A DNA stretch of 64,000 bases, taken from the NCBI RefSeq assembly GCF_009914755.1, contig NC_060936.1. One strand, written 5' to 3'. Position numbers and translations under genes: made by a program. Positions 53,857 to 64,000 of this stretch are shown here, in pieces. The number at the start of each line of letters is the position of its first letter. The first letter of the stretch is position 1. The stretch is from the human T2T-CHM13v2.0 reference genome, Homo sapiens. A model generated the notes under the pieces. That model was not told where the DNA came from, did not search any database, and saw only the letters and a program-made list of their open reading frames with translations.

Positions 53857-56800
53857 GACCCATTGTTTGGTCAGGAGTATGTTGTTTAATTTCCATGTTC
53901 TTGTGAATTTTCTGAAGTTTTCTCTGTATTTATTTTTAGTTTTAATACCATTGCAACCAGAAAACTTACTTAATATCAGTCTTCTTAAATTTGTTTAAAT
54001 TTGTTCTGTGTTATATCACATGACCTATCTTGGAGAATGTTTCATGTACTGTTGAGAAGAGTGTGTATTCTGTAGCTGTTAAATGGAGTGTTCTTTATGT
54101 GTGTCTGTTAGATCCATTTGATTTAGAGTGTAGTTTCAATTCAGTTTACCTTATTGATTTTTGTCTGAGTGATCTGTCTATTGATGAAAGTGTGGTGTTG
54201 ACATCCCATACTATTAGGCATTGCAGTCAATGTCTCCCCTCAGATCTATTAATAATGCTTTACATATTTATGTGTCCCAATATTGAGTGCATGTATATTC
54301 GTAATTGCTATATCCTTCTACTGAATGGACTTCTTTATCATTATACAATAACCTTTTCTGTCTTTTAAAAAATTTTTTGACTTAAAGTCTATTTTATTGG
54401 ATAAAAGTATTATTACTCCTTCTCTTTTTTGGTTTCTATTTTCATGGAATATCTTTTTCATCCCTTCACTTTAAGTCTATGTTTGTCTTTACAGATGAAG
54501 TGAGTCTCTTATAGGCGGTATATAGTTGGGTCTTGTTTTTATCTCTAATCTATTCAGCCATTTTGTGTCTTTTGATGCTAGAATTTAATCCACTTACATT
54601 CAAGGTAATTATTGATAGGTAAGAACTTACTACTGCCATTTTGTTATCTTTTAATTGTTTTATAGATCCTTTGTTCCTTCCTTTCTCTGTTGCTCTCTTC
54701 CTTTGTGTTTTAAGTAATTTTTCTGGTAGTATATTTTGATTTATTACTTTTCTGGGGTAAGTATCCTCTATAGGTCTTCTACTTTGTGCTTACCTTATGG
54801 CATAAAGAAAAATCTCATAGCTATAATAGATTATTTTAAGCTGATAACAACTTAACTTTATTGCAAAAAAAGCCCACTTCAATTTTACTGTATTTTCTCC
54901 CCAATATTTTGAGTTTTGATGGTATAATTTAGATCTTTTTATACTGCTTATCACTTAACAAATTATTATAGCTATTATAAAATTATTAATAGCTTACATT
55001 ATTGATTTTCATGCTAAAAATTTCAATGATTTATACACCATAGTTAAAATATTTTAATATTCTGAATTTGACTGTATACTTACTTTTATCAATGATTTTT
55101 AAACTTTCAGATATTTTTATCGTACTCATTAGAATTCTTTTCTTTCTGCTTCAAGAATTCTCATTAGCTTTTTTTGTAAGACATGTCTTGTGGTGATGAA
55201 CTTTCTTAGTTTCCGTTTGGGGAAATTTTTATCTCTCTTTCATTTCTTGAGGACAGCTTTCCTTAATATGTTAGGGTTGGTTGGCTGGTTTTTTCCTTTA
55301 GCACTTTGAATATATCATCTCCCTCTCTACTGGCCTGTAAGATTTTTGCTGAAAAGTCTGCTGCTAGATATATTGAAACTTTCTTTTACGTTATTCATTT
55401 CTTAGCTCTTGCTGCTCCCAGAATCCTCTCTTTGTGCTTCATTTCTAACAGTTTGGTTATAATATGCCTTGGGGTAGTCTTATCTGAATTAAATCTGGTT
55501 GGAGACCTTTGACCTTCCTGTACCTAAATAATTACATCTTTCTTTAGGTTTTGAGCTCCTGTTTTTAAAAATAAGTTTTCTACCCCTTTATCTTTCCCTT
55601 CTCCTTATTGAACTCCTGTGATTCAAAAACTTGCTCTTTTGATGTTGTCTCAAAAATCCTATAATCTTTATTTCTTTTTATGCTTTTTTTTCTTCTGGCT
55701 GTCTATTTTCAAATAATCTATCTCCAAGTTCACTGATTCTTTCTTCTCCTTGATTAATTTTGCCATTGATGCTATTTTTTGCCTTTTTAATTTTGTTCAT
55801 TGTATTTTTTTATCTCCAGGATTCCTGCTTGTTTTCTAAATTATTATTTTAATCTCTCTATTAAATTTCTTATTCTGGTCACATATTATTTTTCTAGTTT
55901 TATTATATTGTTTTTCTGTGTTTTCCTGACATTTACTGAGCTGCTGCTGCTGCTGCTGTTGCTGCTGCTTTTTCTCCTTGTTCTTCTCCTTCTTCTTCTT
56001 CTTCCTCTTCCTCTTCTTCTTCTCCTTCCTCTTCTTTTTCTTTTTGAGACAGGATCTCACTCTGTCACCCAGGCTAAAGTGTAGTGATGTGATTATGACT
56101 CATTGCAACCTCAAACTCCTGTGCTCAAGCAGTCTTCCTGCCTCTGCTTGCTGAGTAGCTGGGACTACAGTTTCACACCACCATGTCCAGCTAATTTTTG
56201 TATTTATTGTAGAGACAAGATTTAGCTATGGTGTCCAAGCTGGTCTCAAACTTTTGGGCTTAAGCAATCTGCTCACTTCAGCCTCCCAAAGTATTGAGCT
56301 TCTTTAAGATAGCTATTTTGAATTGCTTGTCAGCCATTTCATATATCTTCATTTCTTTAGGGTCAATCACTGGCAACTTAATCTGTCTGGCAATGTTATG
56401 TGTCCCTGATTGTTCTTGATCCTTGTATATAGATGTCTGTGCTTTCAAAGAAGTAAGTAGTTATTCTAGTCTTCACAGACTGACTTTGTCTGGGAAAGCC
56501 CTTCAGCAGGCACAGTATTGGGATAGGTAGGCCAGAGGCCAGGGCATTTGCAGCTAGTGTACTGCTATTAGAAACCTGGGGCTTGCTATTGCAGGCATGG
56601 TGCTGGAGAATGCAAGAAGTTCAGGGCAGGTGCAGCCTGTGTGGCACTGGGGCATACCAGAAGCCTGGAGCCTCTGGGGGATGCCTGCCATTGAGACCTG
56701 CCTGAAGGTGACCTGGTGGGAAGTGGGCTGAAGATCGACTCTTCCACTCAATCCTGAATCCTGGAGATTTGTAGTTCTGCCTGACACCAGGTTGGGTCAG

Positions 56801-57166
56801 TAGAGGCTCAGTCTATGGATACTGGCTTGGAATATGGATCTATGGGGGTCTGTCTAGTGCTGGATTTTACTATGGTTAACCCAGTGTTGGAGTCTAAGGC
56901 AAAGTCCTGTGCTCACTTTCCTCTCTTTCTCCCAGACAGATGGTATCTCTCTTTGCACTGTGTTGCCTGGGCTTGGGGAAGGGGCTATGAGGATAATGTA
57001 TAACTGGCTTTCCTACCCTTTTAAAGGGGTCTTTTCTTATTATAGTGACACAATCAGGTACTATAGTCTCTCATTTGGCTTCCTTATCTCGAGGGAAATC
57101 ATTTTCATGCATGGATATTTATTATTTGTTCAATAGATGTTGATGTTTCTGTGGTGGTACAGTCAC
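53857..57166 (-). mobile_element. Old L1M ORF2 5' part, ORF1 and 5' UTR
   Basis: Antisense L1 sequence (tggagaatgtttcatgtactgttgagaagagtgtgtattctg; ttgaatatatcatctccctctctactggcctgtaag). The host resumes after 60045. Confidence 0.75.
55941..56290 (-). mobile_element. AluJ whose tail has become a compound (CTG)n/(CTT)n microsatellite (55941-56045)
   Basis: AluJ body 56046-56290; (CTG)6 at 55941-55958 followed by a CTT/CCT tract; tgagct repeated on both sides. Confidence 0.85.
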
Positions 57167-57175
57167 TGGAAATTC

Positions 57176-60038
<2,863 letters not shown>

Positions 60039-60074
60039 GAAATTCTTACTCTGCTGTTTTACTCCACCCTTCCA

Positions 60075-60154
60075 TTATGTTGATGCAAAAGTAATTGCGG
60101 TTTTTGCCATTGAAAGTGATGGTAAAAACTGCAACTACTTTTGCACCAACCTAA
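60075..60154. mobile_element. MADE1 (Hsmar1-derived 80-bp palindromic MITE)
   Basis: ttatgttgatgcaaaagtaattgcgg...gcaactacttttgcaccaacctaa; 80 bp; TA on the right flank, CA on the left. Confidence 0.93.
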
Positions 60155-60936
60155 TAATTCTGTTGTTATTTTAGTTTACATTTTCTGACTGGCTAGCTTC
60201 AATTTACTTCTACAAAGAGCCATTTGGAGGGTTAGTTCTTTCTCATGATTAGCTCATGTGTTTCTGGAGGTGTGGGGACCAGAGCATATGACTCAGATCT
60301 AAGTCATTCTGCACATGGCACTGCTCCATTCACTGTGATTCACTTAACAACTGGAAATCTGACTAAATAAAAGTCAGTGAAATGACCCAAGATTTTACTA
60401 ACACTTCATTGACTCAAAATGAGAGAAAATATACGTTTAAAATTGTGGCAACCATCTTTCCACTGTAAAGAGAGATTCTATATGTGAATAGATCCAGGAC
60501 AGATTAGGCATATGATAGAAGTAGGAAATTGGGTTGCAGTGATATTGTTTGAGGGCCTGGTTAAACTGTATGTGAAAAGACAATAACATAAGTTAAAGTA
60601 GAAGCAACTCGAATCACAACTGAGTGGTTGGCCAACTTTTGAACAAGGACTAGACTTCATAGCTAGTCTGGCCAAGCTCAGGAGGTCACATGAAGAGCAA
60701 TGTGGGCCTCAATTCCAGTCTTGGAAGTTGGCAGATTTTATTAAGTGTAAGCAAAACAACTGCTTAAACTGTTCTCTGTTTAAGCAATGGTTTAAGCAGC
60801 ATGTCCTGTGGTCACACTGAATAAGACCACAAGATGTGAAACTTTGTTTTGAATTCAGCATTTAGAACATCAAATAAGGTCAAACAATGAGAAAGTTTTA
60901 AACCAGATCCATTTTATTTAAAAATAAAGAGATTAG

Positions 60937-61733
<797 letters not shown>

Positions 61734-62047
61734 CATTTCTACCTGTAATTTGAAGTCTGAGATAGCTGTAACTACAGTAGCAGGGTAGAAAAGCCAAAAA
61801 TTCTCTGCCCTAAGCTAGTATTTGATTCAAGCAATATTAGAAGTGGGAAACTTAGCAAGAGATATGACTGGTAGTTAGAAAAATCATATCCTAGCTTCTC
61901 AAGCCCCTCCCATATTCTTCCAATTAAGTAGTCATTGCCTGACAATGGGATGAATTACTCCCATTGAGAAAATACACTCCAGAGGCATAGATACAAAGAA
62001 GAAGGAAATTCAGCTCGGGGCTAAAGAAATTGGCAGTGCAGTGTCGA

Positions 62048-62490
62048 TGTACTAGTTTCCCAGGACTGCTGCAACCAAGTACCACAAATTTGGATGGCTT
62101 TGAAAAACATACATTTATCATCTCACAGTTCTGGAATCTAGAAGTCTGAAATAACATGCCAGCAGACTTTCTTCCTCTGGAAGCACCCGAGAAAGAATCT
62201 GTTCCATGCCTCTCTCCTTGCTTCTGGAAGTTGTCGGCAATCCTTTGAGTTACTTGACATGTAGACACATCACTTTAATCATTCACATGGCTGTCTCCCT
62301 CTGTGTGTCTGTTTCTGCTCCTGTTATAAAGACACAGTCATATTAGATTAAGAGCTCACACTATTCCCATGTGATATCACCTTAACTAATCATTTGCAAC
62401 TACCCTATTTGCAAATTAGGCCACATTCTTGAGGTACTGAGAGTTAGGATTTCAATCTGTCTTTTAGGGGGCCACGACTAAAAGTACTAT
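62048..62490 (-). mobile_element. MLT1 (C/D-like) solo LTR
   Basis: tgtactagtttcccagg...ctcacagttctggaatctagaagtc...gaggtactgagagttaggatttcaa. Confidence 0.78.
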
Positions 62491-64000
62491 AGTAGCCATG
62501 GCCAATTTCTTGAAGACAGAAAATCCAGCCATGTTGTCCAGATTTAAATACTCTGATTCTTCATGATAGTTCCCTTTGTTTACTACCCCATGAATAGAGA
62601 AAATGCAAATAGGTTAAAAATATACCAAGAGTTCAAGTAAGTTTTACTGTTAGACAAATCTCAAGCCTTACAAAAAAGAGGCTAAATTTTCTCAAGCTTT
62701 AAAATAATCCTCAGGCTCTAGAACCTGAGGTTAAATGAAGTACACTGATAAATAATTACGGGATGCCCTTCGGATATGGTCATAGACAAGAATTGTGTAA
62801 ACTCAACAGATTGAATTGTCAAAGCAGGTGCACATAAATTATAGATCTTACCTGGTATCAAATTTTATTAATTATTTAAAGGCTACTCACAAACAGCAGG
62901 TATAAGCAAAGTCCATAGATTTCAGATTTGCCTACAATAAGAAAAATAGACCAGAAATATCCTACTTTGTAGATAGGAAATCCCTGTGTACAAGGAGATC
63001 TGGTGGAAGTCATTCTTTTCCCCTGTTATCTCCACTAGGGAAGAAGTGGTCCACTAAACTGCCATTAACCATTTCCTTCTCAACAATAGAAGTCCTTAGA
63101 GAGCAGAACTATATTTCACTCCTAGGTCAAGGAGCCCTTTCTTTCCCTGTCATGCAAGACATTATATGAATTATGTATCAGCAACCACTTTAATGTTGTT
63201 TACCTTCCCAAAACAGCAGCTTAAAAGTGTGTATTGAATGTTTTGGGATTTATTAAACACAGTATATAGCATTAGTTCTCTAGGTGAAGAGGAGTTAGAG
63301 ATGGATCTGACTGAGAGGACTGTACCTCGAATAGCCCTTTTGAACCCAGAACTCTGTGTGGTCAATGAATGAGATTTTTATTTCTCATTATTTCTTTGGG
63401 AAAGCGAAGGAGGATGTGTTTTCTGTGGGATGTGACATAAGTTTATTATGTAGACAGATATTTTTGAGGGTTTATGAATGGGAAGATGAAGTAGCCAAAT
63501 GATTGGACATTACTTTGGTTGTTTGTGTATTGTTCAACATCAATTCACCCTAATTCCAGTACTGCCATTGTGGATTGATTCAGGGATGCTCTATTGATAG
63601 AAACATATAATCCATGGTGATAGAAATAAATATATTCCATCCCCTTGGCTAGTCATTTATAGCCAAGTTCAGGAATTTGAGTGTGACACAATCAATATTA
63701 GTAAGGTGTTAGGACAGGCCAGAAAAAGCATCTTGCTCTTTTCCCATTAGATTTGATTAGAGATGATCTAAGTCTGAATTAGAGCAGCCTTCTCCAAATA
63801 AAAAAGACACAGAATCTGATAGTAGAGGAACATGATAGATGAACAGAAAAATATCGGTCCAATTGTCTTTGGAATTGGGTATCCTCTCAAATGAAATTGA
63901 ATAAAATCTACTAGTACATAATTCTTAAAAATTTAAATATATTTTCAGTGGTTTGTAATCCAATAAAAACTTCTTTCAAAGCATCATATTTTTCTGGAGT

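Noticed and set aside
55800-56084. PolyQ/polyL ORFs
   Set aside because: Arise from the Alu-tail microsatellite, start at non-ATG codons, and have no exon context.
63400-63960. Possible ancient MLT1-like fragments (also 60240-60610)
   Set aside because: Similarity is too weak to assign family or boundaries by eye.

Overview
Human (or closely related great-ape) genomic DNA; it is not prokaryotic, so most entries in the supplied ORF track are artefacts of alternative start codons or repeats. The first 18 kb holds the 3' end of TMTC3 on the + strand: the last four coding exons (6794-6897, 8404-8573, 10555-10781, 12789-13600), whose GT-AG phases join into a continuous TPR-repeat reading frame, and a 3' UTR of about 4.2 kb. 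The intron before these exons carries an antisense, internally deleted HERV-K(HML-5) provirus with a tRNA-Met PBS. The remaining ~46 kb is intergenic and made almost entirely of nested retroelements: MST and THE1 MaLRs, a deleted HERV-L/MLT2A1, several L1 generations including a twin-primed L1PA, Alus, a MADE1 and microsatellites. The most notable element is a two-LTR HERV-Fb/ERVH48 (MER48) provirus at 45248-53560. Its env begins with a close paralogue of the placental antiviral protein Suppressyn, is one nucleotide away from a 210-aa ORF, and keeps the SU/TM sequence beyond the point where Suppressyn stops. Family names and protein comparisons come from recalled consensus sequences and need RepeatMasker/BLAST confirmation.
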